Assembly: GCA_951406725.2 (NCBI GenBank)
Contig: OX597834.1
Coordinates: 25,668,001 to 25,732,000, forward strand
Direction: 5' to 3'
DNA: 64,000 nt
Source: Octopus vulgaris
Taxonomy: Eukaryota
The notes under the pieces are model-generated. The model had not been told where the DNA came from, ran no database searches, and saw only the letters and a program-made list of their open reading frames with translations. Shown here one piece after another: positions 49,971 through 63,560 of this stretch (the stretch's first letter is position 1; each line of letters opens with the position of its first letter). The position numbers were made by a program, and so were the translations under genes.

Positions 49971-50529
49971 ATACATGTACATACATATACCTACCTATAT
50001 ATGAATGTAACAGTGGTCGGAGTAAGTAACTGGAAGCTGGCAGCAAGAGCTTGGCACATGGGTGGCCCACTCCCGATAGTCACAGTCAGTGCTGAACCTT
50101 GAGCACCAGCAGGCTGAGACAGTGGTGTGAGTGTCTAGATAGCCCTTTTCAGGGAGCACTGCCTGGCTTGGAAGGGGAAGCCTCTAGAAAAGTGGGGTAA
50201 AGAAAGCATGCTCAGAACAAAACCTAGTTGGTTCACCATGGCCAGCAGGACTACACAAGCATATGCATGGCCAATGGGTGGTTAAAGTGACAGATTGCTG
50301 TGATGTAATCATTTCAGTTCTCTGCACTCTGGTTCCAACTCCACCAAGGTTAACTTTGCCTCTGATCCTCTTAGGATCAGTAAAATACCAGTCCTATACT
50401 GGGGTCAATTCTCTTTCTCTCGCTTCTTTTTGTCTGTGTGTCTCTCTTTCTAGAAGAAACTGATTGCGATCAAACCTGGAGAAGGACACACACAAACCAA
50501 CACACACATACACACATGCATGCATGCAC

Positions 50530-51090
50530 CCTGCACACAATCTATCCCTGATGAGTCTCTCCCTGCTACAGTTCACCTTCTTCAACCCCTCCACTACTCT
50601 ATCTGTGTTCACCATGCACTCATTATCCTCCCTCTCTATACTTTCCACACCTTCACAAACTTACCTCCTCACTCACCATTTCACTTATATTCACTTCCAT
50701 GTAACCTGAGGGTACACCTTGATGAACATTTTCTCTCTCTCCTCTCTCTCTTCCAATTGGAGTTACCATGTATCTCCTCTATAGCAAGACACCTGATTCT
50801 GTCCTATCATAGTTTAACCCCTAATCACTCTCTCAATACTACTCACCCCACCCAGTCAAGGGGTTATGTCTTGCAAGTTTCTTGCTGGCCACACTGGTGC
50901 TGGTGCCACATAAAAAACGCCCATAGATTCTGTAAAGTGACTGGCATTAGGAAGGGCATTTGGCTATAGAAACCACACCTAGAAAGACACTAGAGTACAA
51001 TGCAGTCTTTGGGCCCATCAGATCCTGCCAAACCATCCAACTCATGCAAGCATGGAGAACAGACACTAAATGATGATGATGATGATGGTG
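50530..51090 (+). mobile_element. Long diverged family E element
   Basis: Pyrimidine-rich segment then GGCATTAGGAAGGGCAT...(GAT)n tail. Confidence 0.6.
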
Positions 51091-51277
51091 ATAACAGGCT
51101 TCCACACAAGTTTCTGTCTATCAAATTCACTCACAAGGCATTGATCAACCAGGCCTTTAGTAAAAGACACTTACCCAAGGTGCCATGCAGAGGGGCTGAA
51201 CCTGAAACCATCTGATTGCTTAGCAAACTTCATAGCCACTCAGCTAATCCTACCCTTATTTGTTTCTGTAATCCATA

Positions 51278-51527
51278 TAATAATAATGAAATTATTGTAT
51301 ACAGTGCTCACGTGCACCACAACTTGTCAGAAAGTGCGTATAAAGTGTATGCAGTAATGTACAAATGTCTGGAAAGCGAACAGTGTATGAGTCAGATACA
51401 TGCTTGCGTGTGTATGGAGGGAAGAAAATCAGGTGTAGTGTTGGCGAATCTGAGGAAGCATGGAAGTTTTGAAGGATGCAGTGCTCCAACAACTAACAAC
51501 TGATGCCAGCAGTTTGTTCCATGCTTC
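51278..51527 (-). mobile_element. CR1-like LINE 3' end, long-UTR subfamily, no array
   Basis: Matches 7816-8065. Confidence 0.88.
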
Positions 51528-52822
51528 TAGCAAGTCACTCTGCTGGAACCCATGAAAGTCAAATAACTTTGTTTCGTTCTCTGACAATAAGCTCTTGCTG
51601 CCCTTCAACTCCTATCTAATAAATCACATTTTATTTTTTTAATAACAAATTTGTTTTGTGTACAAAAGTTACGCTTCTTTCTCACCTTGTTGCTAAAGAC
51701 ATTTCTACCTTAAGGTATACATGCTTACACATATGTATGTGTGTTGTTATATGCATTTATGTATGTGTCTTTCTGCAGATATGGTGGTGTATGTATGTAT
51801 GTATGGATGGATGGATGTATGTATGCATGTATTTGTATGTATATGTATGTATGTATTTGTATGTATGTATGTATGTATGTAATTATATATATATATATTT
51901 GTATTTATTAGTAAAAGGCCCAGGGTTCATTCTGCAGCCTCTCCGAGAATTTTTTTTCATCCAGTTCATACCAGTCTGGAAAACAGACGTCAAATGATGA
52001 TGATGATGATGATTGTGTATGTATGTACTTAGATGTATGTTTGCATGTCTGTATATGTATTTATGTACTTTTATGTATATTTGTATGTGCTTTTTTGTAT
52101 GTTTGTGAATTGCTACGTAAACCACATTCTGTAGGATCCTGTCAAATATTTTGCCCAAATCAAAAAGGAAGAACTTCTTCTGCTGCTGTTGTTGCTGTTT
52201 TATTTTTAGCCAAGTATTTTTTTCCTGTTATTATCAGGTTCCTAAAATTGGAATCTGAAAGAAGAAAACATTTGCTTCTTCCTTCCAGTTATATTTGCGT
52301 GCACGCACACACGCATAAACACACACACACACACTAATGTACATATGTGTGTGTGTGTGTGTGCATACACATACTCACATGTACAGACACAGACATTGCT
52401 TTTTTAGCCAACCTTCCTTAATCCTATTCAACAGTTACCTCTCTGTTTATTCTTGTTTATGTTTACTATATTTATTCAACTTGGTTTTTTGGGGTTTTTT
52501 TCTTATCATAATAATTAATCAACAGTGGTAACTAACAACTTTTCAATCAACTAATTTAAGAGGAAACCTTATTAATTAGTCTGAAATAACTTGGCTTGCG
52601 AGAAATATTGTCCAAAAATTACCTTCAAATCAAACCCTGTTGTCTTTAAGTCTTAATAATGAAGTCTACTAAGGAACAGAATTGGTTTTTTCTGCAACTC
52701 ATGGTGCCTCAATGAAACTTGATATCTAGCACTCTTTCGGTTCCAGTTGATCTGTTCAATAGAGGAGCCTGCTTATGAAATTAACATACAAGTGGCTGAG
52801 CACTCCACAGACATGTGTTCCT

Positions 52823-53217
52823 TTACTCTTTACTCTTTTACTTGTTTCAGTCATTTGACTGCGGCCATGCTGGAGCACCGCCTTTAATCGAGCAACTCGA
52901 CCCCGAGACTTATTCTTTTGTAAGTCCAGTACTTATTCTATCGGTCTCCTTTGCCGAACCGCTAAGTAACGGGGACATAAACACACCAGCATCGGGTGTC
53001 AAGCAATGCTAGGAGGACAAACACAGACACACAAACATACATGCACATACATATATACGACGGGCTTCTTTCAGTTTCCGTCTACCAAATCCACTCACAA
53101 GGCTTTGGTCGGCCCAAGGCTATAGCAGAAGACACTTGCCCAAGGTGCCACGCAGTGGGACTGAACCCGGAACCATGTGGTTGGTTAGCAAGCTACTTAC
53201 CACACAGCCACTCCTGC
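52823..53217 (-). mobile_element. SINE family A, full length
   Basis: Reverse complement of 6568-6986; inserted in an old B-like tail. Confidence 0.9.
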
Positions 53218-55107
53218 GTAGTTTTCAGGAAAATTTAGCATGACACAGAATGTGAGAAGGCTGACCCTTTGAATTACAGGTGCCACCCACCTTTGTCAGT
53301 TGAGTGGATTGGAGCAACATGAAATAAAGTATCTTGCTCAAGGTCACAACACACTTCTGAGAATTGAACTTATATGACCTTACAACCACAAGCTGAATAC
53401 CCTAACCACCAAGCCATGTAATAATAATAATAATAATAATTGTGTACAGTGCTCAGGTGCACTACAACTCATTTCACTAAACTTTATATATCTCAACAAA
53501 AAATAGTTTCAAACATGACATTCCTTAACAAAAGACAAACTACTTTCAGCTGTTAAGGGTAATGAAATTTTGAGTGTATATATCCAATTTCTGCATTAAA
53601 CAGTTTAACAACAATGCAAGCCTCAATGCAGTTGTGCTAAAACTATCAAGATCTTTTTCAAATATAACCAGTAATAAATCTCTGCATTATTGCTCAGCCT
53701 GCTAGAAATAACAGTCAAATCTCTGACCAATCATACCATGCCATCTTAATAATGCAATAATGCATTGGTCCTTTGCCATCTCTTTCAATAGTTCGTCCCA
53801 TGTCTTTCTGGGTCACCCTCTTCCACAACTTTCATCCACTTTACAAGATCAGCACTTCTTTATGCAACTGTCCATATGCATTACATGACTAAACTAATGC
53901 AGTCTTCTCTCTTGCACACTGTATTTAATTCCTCTTCTGTCTAACTTCTCTACACTAGCAATATACAATGACATTGCACATCTGGTGGAGCATACCAGCT
54001 TCATTCTTCTCTATTCGTTGCATACCCTCTGCATTCAGGAACCATATCTCACTACCATGTAGCATTTCTGTTTGTACACATGCATCATACAATCTTCCTT
54101 TCACTCACAAACAGAGACCTTTGATTGCCAACAGAGGTAAAAGCTCTCTGAAATTTCTTCATCCTATTCTTATTCTAGCAAATACACTTTCAGTACATCC
54201 TCCTCCACTGCTAATATGATCACCTAGGTAGCAGAAATTATCCACTACTTCTAGAGAGTCTCTGGGCCTTTTGAGAAAATTAATTTCCCATGTATCTGTA
54301 GTCTTTATGGTTCCTGTACATTTTCCACATACAAACACTACTTTGTCTGTTAACCTTCCTGTTATTCCACTGCACCACTTGTGTGTCCATAGTTTGCGCT
54401 GAGTACACCGAGTGGTATTCCTGCTTACATCTTTTTTACATATTGAGCAGAGCCACTTACCTGAAGAGGGTAGAATTCTGTCAGATTTTTTGCTTACTAA
54501 GACCTTGATCTTTACTAAATTATCTTTAAGGCTCTTCTAGTCCAAGCTTTGCTTCTGCACCTGGTATTTCTTTTCTAGTTGTGTTACAGATTCTGCTATG
54601 AGAGCAAGATCATTAGTATACAGTAGTTCCCATGGGCAGCAGGTTTTTAATTCTTCTGTCATGGCCTGGAGGACAGTGATGAATAGGAGGGACCGAGCCT
54701 TAGTGAACACCTACCTGTACACTAAATTTGTCACCGTACTCATAGCTAAATCTTACCTTACTAACAGCACCCATGTACATGGTCTATACAGCTTCCACAA
54801 GCCATTTGCCTTTCCTCAGAGACCACCATATCATAGAACAAGGTATTTTGGCGAAGGCTTTCTCCAGATCAACAAATGTCAAGTACAACAGCTTATTCTT
54901 AGCTAAATACTTTTCTTGTAGTTATCTGACTATGAAAATGGCATCAGTAGTGCTTCTCCCTGGTACAAAGCCAAATTGCACTTCATCTAGTCTAATTTTG
55001 CTCATAATTAATTGGACGATAACTCTCTCCATAACTTTCATTACCTGGTCCAGCAATTTGATACCCTTATAATTACTTCTATCTCAGGCATCTCCCTTAC
55101 CCTTTGT

Positions 55108-55492
55108 GGATGGAAGCACTCCATCGGTTACGACGACGAGGGTTCCGGTTGATCCGATCAACGGAACAGCCTGCTCGTGAAATTAACGTGTAAGTGGCTG
55201 AGCATTCCACAGACACGTGTACCCTTAACGTAGTTCTCGGGGATATTCAGCGTGACACAGAGAGTGACAAGGTCGGCCCTTTGAAATACAGGTACAACAG
55301 AAACAGGAAGTAAGAGTGAGAGAAAGTTGTGGTGAAAGAGTACAGCAGGGATCACCACCATCCCTGCCGGAGCCTCATGGAGCTTTAGGTGTTTTCGCTC
55401 AATAAACACTCACAACGCCCGGTCTGGGAATTGAAACTGCGATCCTACGACCGCGAGTCCGCTGCCCTAACCACTGGGCCATTGCGCCTCCA
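55108..55492 (-). mobile_element. SINE family B (tail type 1)
   Basis: 12-bp TSD CTTACCCTTTGT at 55096-55107 and 55493-55504. Confidence 0.92.
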
Positions 55493-55786
55493 CTTACCCT
55501 TTGTAGCAGCTGATTAACTATACAGGTGACTAAACCATATCTTACTCTACCATATATTCTAAGCATCTCAGCAGTGACTCCTGATGGACAATGAGGCTTT
55601 CCTTGTCTTCATATCTTTAATTGCCATATCTCTCAACTAGGATAGCTGGTTCCTCTGTTGGGTTCACATGGGGAAGACTGCCCTTCTCCCGTTCATTCTT
55701 CACATTTAAATGCCTTTCACAGTAGCTGTTCCATTCCTCCTTTTTTAAAAAAACTCAATAAATGCAAACATGCTATTATCCATTAG

Positions 55787-56173
55787 TGGAGGCGCAATGG
55801 CCCAGTGGTTGGGACAGCGGACTCGCGGTCATAGGATCGCGGTTTCGATTCCCAGACCGGGCGTTGTGAGTGTTTATTGAGCGAAAACACCTAAAAAGCT
55901 CCATGAGGCTCTGGCAGCGGATGGTGGTGATCCCTGCTGTACTCTTTCACCACAACTTTCTCTCACTCTTACTTCCTGTTTCTGTTGTACCTGTATTTCA
56001 AGGGGCTGGCCTTGTCACTCTCTGTCACGCTGAATATCCCCGAGAACTACATTAAGGGTGCACGTGTCTGTGGAGTGTTCAGCCACTTACACGTTAATTT
56101 CACGAGCAGGCTGTTCCATTGATTCGGATTAACCGGTACCCTCATCGTCGTAACCGACGGAGTGCTTCCACAC
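55787..56173 (+). mobile_element. SINE family B (tail type 1)
   Basis: 12-bp TSD ATTATCCATTAG at 55775-55786 and 56174-56185. Confidence 0.92.
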
Positions 56174-57407
56174 ATTATCCATTAGCACACACTTTTCCCC
56201 ATATCTTGATTCTCTCTGACACACTATCTACCAATCCCCAAGCGCCTCAGGTGCCTGATCTTCATGCTGTAAGACATTGCCTAGTTTCCCTTTTAGCTAC
56301 CTGATAGGGGTCTTTGCCACCACCCCATCCTGCTTTTCCACTCTTTCCAAACCTGTCTCTTTTCTTCTATGGCCGCCCTGTCAGCCTGAAATTTGGCAGA
56401 AGGGGTTTAGTCACTACTATCAATCCAAGTATTTGACATGGTTGGTTCTTATTTTATTGAGACCCGGGGGTGGGTGGGTGATAAAATGCAAAGTTGAGTT
56501 TGGCCAGATATGATCTCTCCTCTCAGAAAAATGGTGAAGGACACTCAACCTCTGCAGGATTTGAACTCAGAGCATAGACAGCCTGAACAGTAATCACAAC
56601 AACTTTGCCAATTCCAAACTGTTGTAGAATGAAACCCTCTCTCTCTTTCGGTGAGGCACTGAGCAGCTATATGCACACATACACACAGTAACTTCCACCT
56701 ACCAAATTCAATCACAAAGCTCCGGTCGGCTCGAGGCTATAGTGGAAGACACCTACCCAAAGTGCCATGCAGTGGGACTGAACCCGAAACCATGTAGCTC
56801 GGAAGCAAGCACCCTAACCACACAGCCATGCCCAGTGATATTTCTAGATTTGATTGCTTGTGGGATGAAGGTTTATACTCTTTTACTTGTTTCAGTCATT
56901 TGATTGCAGCCATACTGGAGCACCACCTTGAAGGGTTTTAGTTAAGCAAATCAACCTCAGGACTTACTTCTTAAGCCTAGTACTTATTCTATTGGTCTCT
57001 TTTGTTGAACCACTAAGTTACTGGGATGTAAAAATACCAACACCGGTTGTCAACTGGTGATGGTGGGGTGCGAACACAGATACTAAGACACACACATATA
57101 CATGGGTGGACCCAGGGGGTGGGGTCCTGAGGGGCACGTTCCCCCCTCAAGGAGTGGGGTTTTGTAATGTAACACCTGCTATAGTCAAGGACTTACTGTA
57201 TACACACACACACACACACATACACACATATACACATATATATATCAACAATAATAATAAGGATTATTACAAAGTTGCAACGCATTACCTTTAATTCTAT
57301 AGCAGAAGACACTTGCCCAAGGGACCACACTTTGGGACTGAACCTGGAACCTTGTGGTTGAGAAGCAAACTTCTAACCACAGTCATGCCTGCACCTACAT
57401 ATACATA

Positions 57408-57827
57408 TACTCTTTTACTCTTTTACTTGTTTCAGTCATTTGACTGCGGCCATGCTGGAGCACCGCCTTTAATCAAGCAACTCGACCCCGGAACTTATTC
57501 TTTGTAAGCCCAGTACTTATTCTATCGGTCTCTTTTTGCCGAACCGCTAAGTGACGGGGACGTAAACACACCAGCATCGGTTGTCAAGCAATACTAGGGG
57601 GACAAACACAGACACAAACATACACGTACACATATATATATATATATATATGTATACATATATACGACGGGCTTCTTTCAGTTTCCGTCTACCAAATCCA
57701 CTCACAAGGCTTTGGTTGGCCCGAGGCTATAGTAGAAGACACTTGCCCAAGATGCCACGCAGTGGGACTGAACCCAGAACCATGTGGTTGGTAAACAAGC
57801 TACTTACCACACAGCCACTCCTGCGCC
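57408..57827 (-). mobile_element. SINE family A, full length (older A fragments at ~56690-57395)
   Basis: Reverse complement of 6568-6986. Confidence 0.9.
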
Positions 57828-58279
57828 TACTTTATATTTACAAATTTTGTTTTTTTTCTAAGAATTCAATTAACTTTTGATAATCTTCCTTAATTTCACA
57901 CATAAACAAGATTAATTATCAACTTTACCTAGAAACTTTCCTTATCGGTTAAATACCAGTCTAACCCACACTATCCAAATATTTTTTAAGCCCCGTAATA
58001 TATTTTATTACTTCTACATCTTTCTGTTTGTTAGACTCCAGAAATTCTTCTTCTTATTCCTTGGCTTCTTCTTTGCAGATAAAACGGTTTAAATCTATTC
58101 CCCCACCTCTCAGCAGTGCAGAGCATGGGGTGGGAGGGGAAAAGAAAAGAAAAGAAACAAAGAATCTTTGACTTTGGTTTTTGGTACATTTATTACTGGC
58201 TTTTTGTGTATAGGTTATCAGTTTTGTCGAGTCTGTTGAATGTTTTCCAGTTGAAAATTTAAAACTGGCTCTTTCCAAC

Positions 58280-58282
<3 letters not shown>

Positions 58283-58317
<35 letters not shown>

Positions 58318-58356
58318 GAATTTATATGTATGTGTATTAATGTGTATGTATATGTG

Positions 58357-58452
<96 letters not shown>

Positions 58453-59022
58453 CACATATACATATATATTCACACACACACACACATATATACATATATA
58501 TACACATATACATATATATTCACACACACACACACACAAACACATATATACATATACATACACATATATATATATATATACAAACACATATACATATATA
58601 TATATATATATATACAAACACATATACATATATATATATATATAAATACATACACATACACACACATATATGCATACACATATATATACACACACATATC
58701 CATATATATATATATACAAATATATATATATCATCATCATCATTGTTTAACATCCGCTTTCCATGCTAGCATGGGTTGGACGATTTGACCGAGGACTGGC
58801 GAACCAGATGGCTGCACCAGACTCCAATCTGATCTGGCAAAGTTTCTACAGCTGGATGCCCTTCCTAATGCCAACCACTCCGAGAGTGTAGTGGGTGCTT
58901 TTAAGTGCCACCGGCATGAGGGCCAGTCAGGCGGTACTGGCAAAGACCACGCTCAAATGGTGCTTTTGAGTGTGGCCGTTGCCAGTACTGCCTGACTGGC
59001 CCTCATGCTGGTGGCAGGTATG

Positions 59023-59062
<40 letters not shown>

Positions 59063-59157
59063 CTACATATTTATGTGTATGTTGTATGTGTATATATATA
59101 TATATATATATATGTATACATACGTATATATATATATATACATACATACATATGTAT

Positions 59158-59198
<41 letters not shown>

Positions 59199-59301
59199 CA
59201 TATGTATATACGTACATACATATATGTATATATATGTATATATACATACATACATATATGTATATACATACATACATATATATATATACATACATATGTA
59301 T

Positions 59302-59348
<47 letters not shown>

Positions 59349-59385
59349 CATATATACATACATATATATACATATATATATATGT
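58283..59385. repeat. Compound (TA)/(CA)/(TACA) microsatellites flanking a family E copy (58727-59015, minus)
   Basis: Direct inspection; source of many spurious ORFs. Confidence 0.9.
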
Positions 59386-59773
59386 AAAATCTCGAAACTA
59401 CAATTTTAAAATAGAACCCAGATGAAGATCTATTTCAGTACCAAAACTAAAAAAAAAAAATGAAACAAAAGTAAAAACATAAAACCACAAAACAAAACAA
59501 AACAAACCCATTTTCCTTCACATATTTGATGTAATTTTTGTTGGTGTTAGATTGCTAAACAATTATTTTTTATTTATTTGTGTTTTGGTTTTCCTCTTTC
59601 TTCTTTTATATTATCTATTTCTAAGTAAAGAAACCGAAAACAGAAATGAAATAAAATAAATTCTACATCTCTCCGACTTGTCATGTCATATCATGTCATT
59701 CTAAATTATATACTTGGCTAATCATCCTTGTAACGAGTGAACTAAGTGTGGTGTGTATAACAATGCATAGAGT

Positions 59774-59809
<36 letters not shown>

Positions 59810-61019
59810 AATGTGGGTAGAGTGTGAGAGACAGAGAGAGACAGACAGGTAGAGTGTGTGTAGGTGTTGGTTCGATTTAGCCACGATTGGGTCATGTAGT
59901 TTTTTGCTTTTCGTTTTTTCTTTTTGAAGTGGCCAAGCAGTAAGTTATGCAATAAGCTACCTACTTACTCAAAGATGTTGGGTTCAAAGTCCACTTTAGA
60001 TGCATGAGTTTGTTGTATTTCTGGGAGAATGGCGGAATTGTTAGAAAGCTGGAGGCGATGTCTTGTGTGGGTGGGTGTTTGTTCTGTGTCTTTACGTTCT
60101 GGGATCAAATCTGGCTGAAGTCACCTGAGGCCGAATTTTATCTTTTATTCCTTCAGGGCCAATAAAACAAAAAAACTGTCATGTCAAGTACAAGGATTGA
60201 TGGTTGTAACTAATCCCCTTCACCAAACTTCAGGTATTCTGACTATTCTAGAAAGAATTGTAATTCTGATTCTGAGCAAAAAGAAAGAATACCATTTTTT
60301 ATCATCATCATTGTTGTTGTTGTTGTCGTTATCATCATCGCTGTCATCACCACTACCACCATCACCAACATCATCATCACCATCACCACTATCATCATCA
60401 TCATTTTAACTTCCACTTTTCCATGTTTGCATGGGTTGGATGAAATTTGTTGAGGCAGGTTTTCTACAGTTAAATAACCAGAATTATTCTATTTTGAAAA
60501 TAATTAAAAAGACATCTATTGTTTTATTTTGGGACGGTCATTTTTTTTTTCAAAATAAACACACACACTGTATATTGATTCTTCACTTGTTTATTATTGT
60601 TCTTATTTTATCTCCTGTCCATTGTCTGGAAATCTTTCGTCAGATACCTGTGATCTCTTCAGCAACTCTTCTGTTTCTCAGAGAATGAACTAAACAGAAC
60701 AGGAGGAGACATGTTGGATGGGAGAGTCACTGAAGAGGTCAGAGGTGTGTGTCAAAAGATTTTCAGAAAATGGACTTAAGATAAAATGAATGAAAAATGA
60801 ATGTATAGTGCGTGTGTTTATTTTGGGGAAAAAAAAATGACCATCCAGTATCTGTTTCAAAACATGGTTTCACATCAGAAATCTTGCAAAACAAATTCAC
60901 AAATTTAAAAAGAAATCTAAATTAATGAATGCCTAAATAAATTGAAATATATTCTTTTGTTTTTACATCCAGCAAGAAAACTTTAAAACTAAATTTGAAA
61001 TAAAAGTAAGAAAATTTAA

Positions 61020-61242
61020 CCCTTTAGTGTTCGCATTATTCTGCCAAAATTAATGCACTTTTTTATCCACCTTGTTTTGAACTAATCACGCATTATCTTG
61101 TAGCTATGAGATTTTGATGAGGTAGCTGTTAATTTTTAAAACGATATTGTAGGGTTGGTGTGAGAGACCAGATCTGGCCAGTTTGAACATAAAACAGGCA
61201 GAATACTTTTGGCCGCATATGGCCGGTTTAAATGCTAAAGGG
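61020..61242. mobile_element. piggyBac-like MITE
   Basis: TTAA|CCCTTTAG...CTAAAGGG|TTAA. Confidence 0.78.
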
Positions 61243-61354
61243 TTAAATAAAAATAGTCTTGGAATAAAGTTGGACAAGTCAATGAATAAGGGCCAGAATA
61301 ATATGGACAAGTCAAAGGATAAGGGCCAGGGGGTAAAAATGGGTGTGTGTAGGG

Positions 61355-61630
61355 CCAACATTAAGATTAGAAAGGCACAAGCATGGACAGCCTATCACAA
61401 ACTAAATGAGGTCTGGAGCTCCAAAATTTCCCAGGTAAATCAAAATCAAGCTGTTCATTGCAACTGTCGAATCATTGCTATTAAATGGCAGTGAAACATG
61501 GACACTGGCAAAGAAATTATCAAATGGGCGAAATGGGTGTTACACAAGGGTGCTACAAACGGCCCTAAATGTGAAATAGCAGCAGCATATGACAAATTAA
61601 TGCTTTTATGGAGACCTGACGCAAAGTTAA
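61355..61630 (+). mobile_element. RTE-like LINE fragment
   Basis: IKIRKAQAWTAYHKLNEVW / KIKLFIATVESLLLNGSETWTL...GCYTRVLQTALNV with frameshift and stops. Confidence 0.8.
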
Positions 61631-61649
61631 CAAGAAGATATATACATAT

Positions 61650-62055
61650 CAGGGAGTGGCTGTGTGGTAAGTAGCTTGCTTACCAACCACATGGTTCTGG
61701 GTTCAGTCCCACTGTGTGGCACCTTGGGCAAGTGTCTTCTACTATAGCCTCGGGCTGACCAAAGCCTTGTGAGTGGATTTGGTAGACGGAAATTGAAAGA
61801 AGCCTGTCGTATATATGCATATATATATATATATGTGTGTGTGCGTGTATGTTTGTGTGTCTGTGTTTGTACCCCTAGCATTGCTTGACAACTGATGCTG
61901 GTGTGTTTATGTCCCCGTCACTTAGCAGTTTGGCAAAAAGAGACCGATAGAATAAGTACTGGGCTTACAAAGAATAAGTCCCGGGGTCGAGTTGCTCGAT
62001 TAAAGGCGGTGCTCCAGCATGGCCACAGTCAAATGACTGAAACAAGTAAAAGAGT
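61650..62055 (+). mobile_element. SINE family A
   Basis: Collinear with 6568-6986. Confidence 0.9.
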
Positions 62056-62277
62056 AATATATAAGCCTGTGTCTGTGATTATTTTTACCAAGGTAAACTA
62101 GTGTGTCAGGTTGCATCTGTTTCTATCAAAAGCATAACTTAGCAAGTTGTTAGAAATCACTAAAATAATTACCAGACTGATACAAATACTGAAGCCCTTC
62201 TAGCTTTTAGAATTTGTGGCCCAGCATGGCCTCAGGTCAATGATTGAAACCAGTAAAAGAAATAAAAGTTAAATATG

Positions 62278-62671
62278 CCAGGAGTGGCTGTGTGGTAAGT
62301 AGCTTGCTAACCAATCACATGGTTTCGGGTTCAGTCCCACTGCGTGGCATCTTGGGCAAGTGTCTTCTGTTATAGCCCCGGGCCGACCAATGCCTTGTGG
62401 GTGGATTTGGTAGACGGAAACTGAAAGAAGCCAGTCGTATATATATATATAAGTGTGTGTGTATATGTTTGTGTGTCTGTGTTTGTCCCCTTAGCATTGC
62501 TTGACAACTGATGCTGGTGTGTTTACGTCCCCGTCACTTAGCGTTTCGGCAAAAGAGACCAATAGAATAAGTACTGGGCTTACAAAGAATAAGTCCCGGG
62601 GTCAATTTGCTCGAATAAAGGTGGTGCTCCAGCATGGCCGCAGTCAAATGGCTGAAACAAGTAAAAGAGTA
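62278..62671 (+). mobile_element. SINE family A
   Basis: Collinear with 6568-6986. Confidence 0.9.
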
Positions 62672-63299
62672 TATTAAACACAAGATTTCGAATTCAATGC
62701 AAAAGTTTATCAAATCTTTTAAATGTTTGCATTGATTTTAAAGCCTTCTTTTGAAACTGACTGCTTATGTTTCAATTGATTTTGTAAAAAATGAAGAACT
62801 TAGTAAAGTAATTTTGTCGTTATTAAGCTGGTGTTTAGAACATAAATTAGCATGACAATTTAGGTCACTTTAGAGCATGTTGTTTATATTATAGAACCAG
62901 GGATGTCTCAGGTGGGTAGATATCAAAGCAGTGTACTGTTTTAGACTGACTTTAACCTTTTTTTTATACCAAAGCACCTGATACCACCTTTTATTCTATA
63001 ACACAAACTTCCTGTTTTAAAGTGAAACCCTCCATCAAAATTTCACATCAATTTAAGTTCCAAATACTAAGGCCATAATGACGAAGTTATTTTACTAAAT
63101 TCTTCATTATTTTCATAATTAATTGAAACAAAAGAAGTGTATTTTAACAGAAATAAATGTAAGATAAAGCTGAAGTATTGTCAGTAAAATCTTTTTTATA
63201 GGAAGTGTTCAACCAACTTATATCTCTCATAGCATTTGAGTAGGTCAGCAAAACCTTCAGTGATCCAATGAAAAGTTTTACTGTTCTGCCAATTTGTGT

Positions 63300-63560
63300 T
63301 TACTATCTTGGATGGGTGGGGGAGGTTTCCCTAGAAGTGTACCACTAATGAATTCTTGAGTTCTCCAACAGTGTCTTGCAAAACACCTGCCTTTCCCTCT
63401 GATGATAGTAAAAAGATTGCCATACAGTCTTTGTTGAGTTGGATGCTTTTTATAGGAGATATTCAGGATAGCTTGTAACATTTAGGTGTAAGCACCACCA
63501 AGCATTGCCTTCAGGTGTTTGGTGAGTGTCCCAACAGTGGACCTGTACAATAGCACTAAT
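63300..63560 (-). mobile_element. RTE-like LINE fragment
   Basis: TLTKHL...GAYT*MLQAILNISYKKHPTQQRLYG...FARHCWR. Confidence 0.75.

Larger units (their letters stand above)
53760..56360 (-). mobile_element. Degenerate RTE-clade LINE (RT region), interrupted by two SINE B copies
   Basis: KGKGDA*DRSNYKGIKLL...QFGFVPGRSTTDAIF...FVDLEKAF; PWELLYTND; FCYLGD; GRG*PRKTWDE; multiple stops. Confidence 0.9.

Noticed and set aside
58079-58171. Exon after strong acceptor ([13 protein letters not shown]...); similarly ~60682-60744
   Set aside because: No identifiable product and no chain of compatible exons; needs RNA evidence.
58054-59425. Many overlapping ORFs up to 229 aa
   Set aside because: Microsatellite translation.
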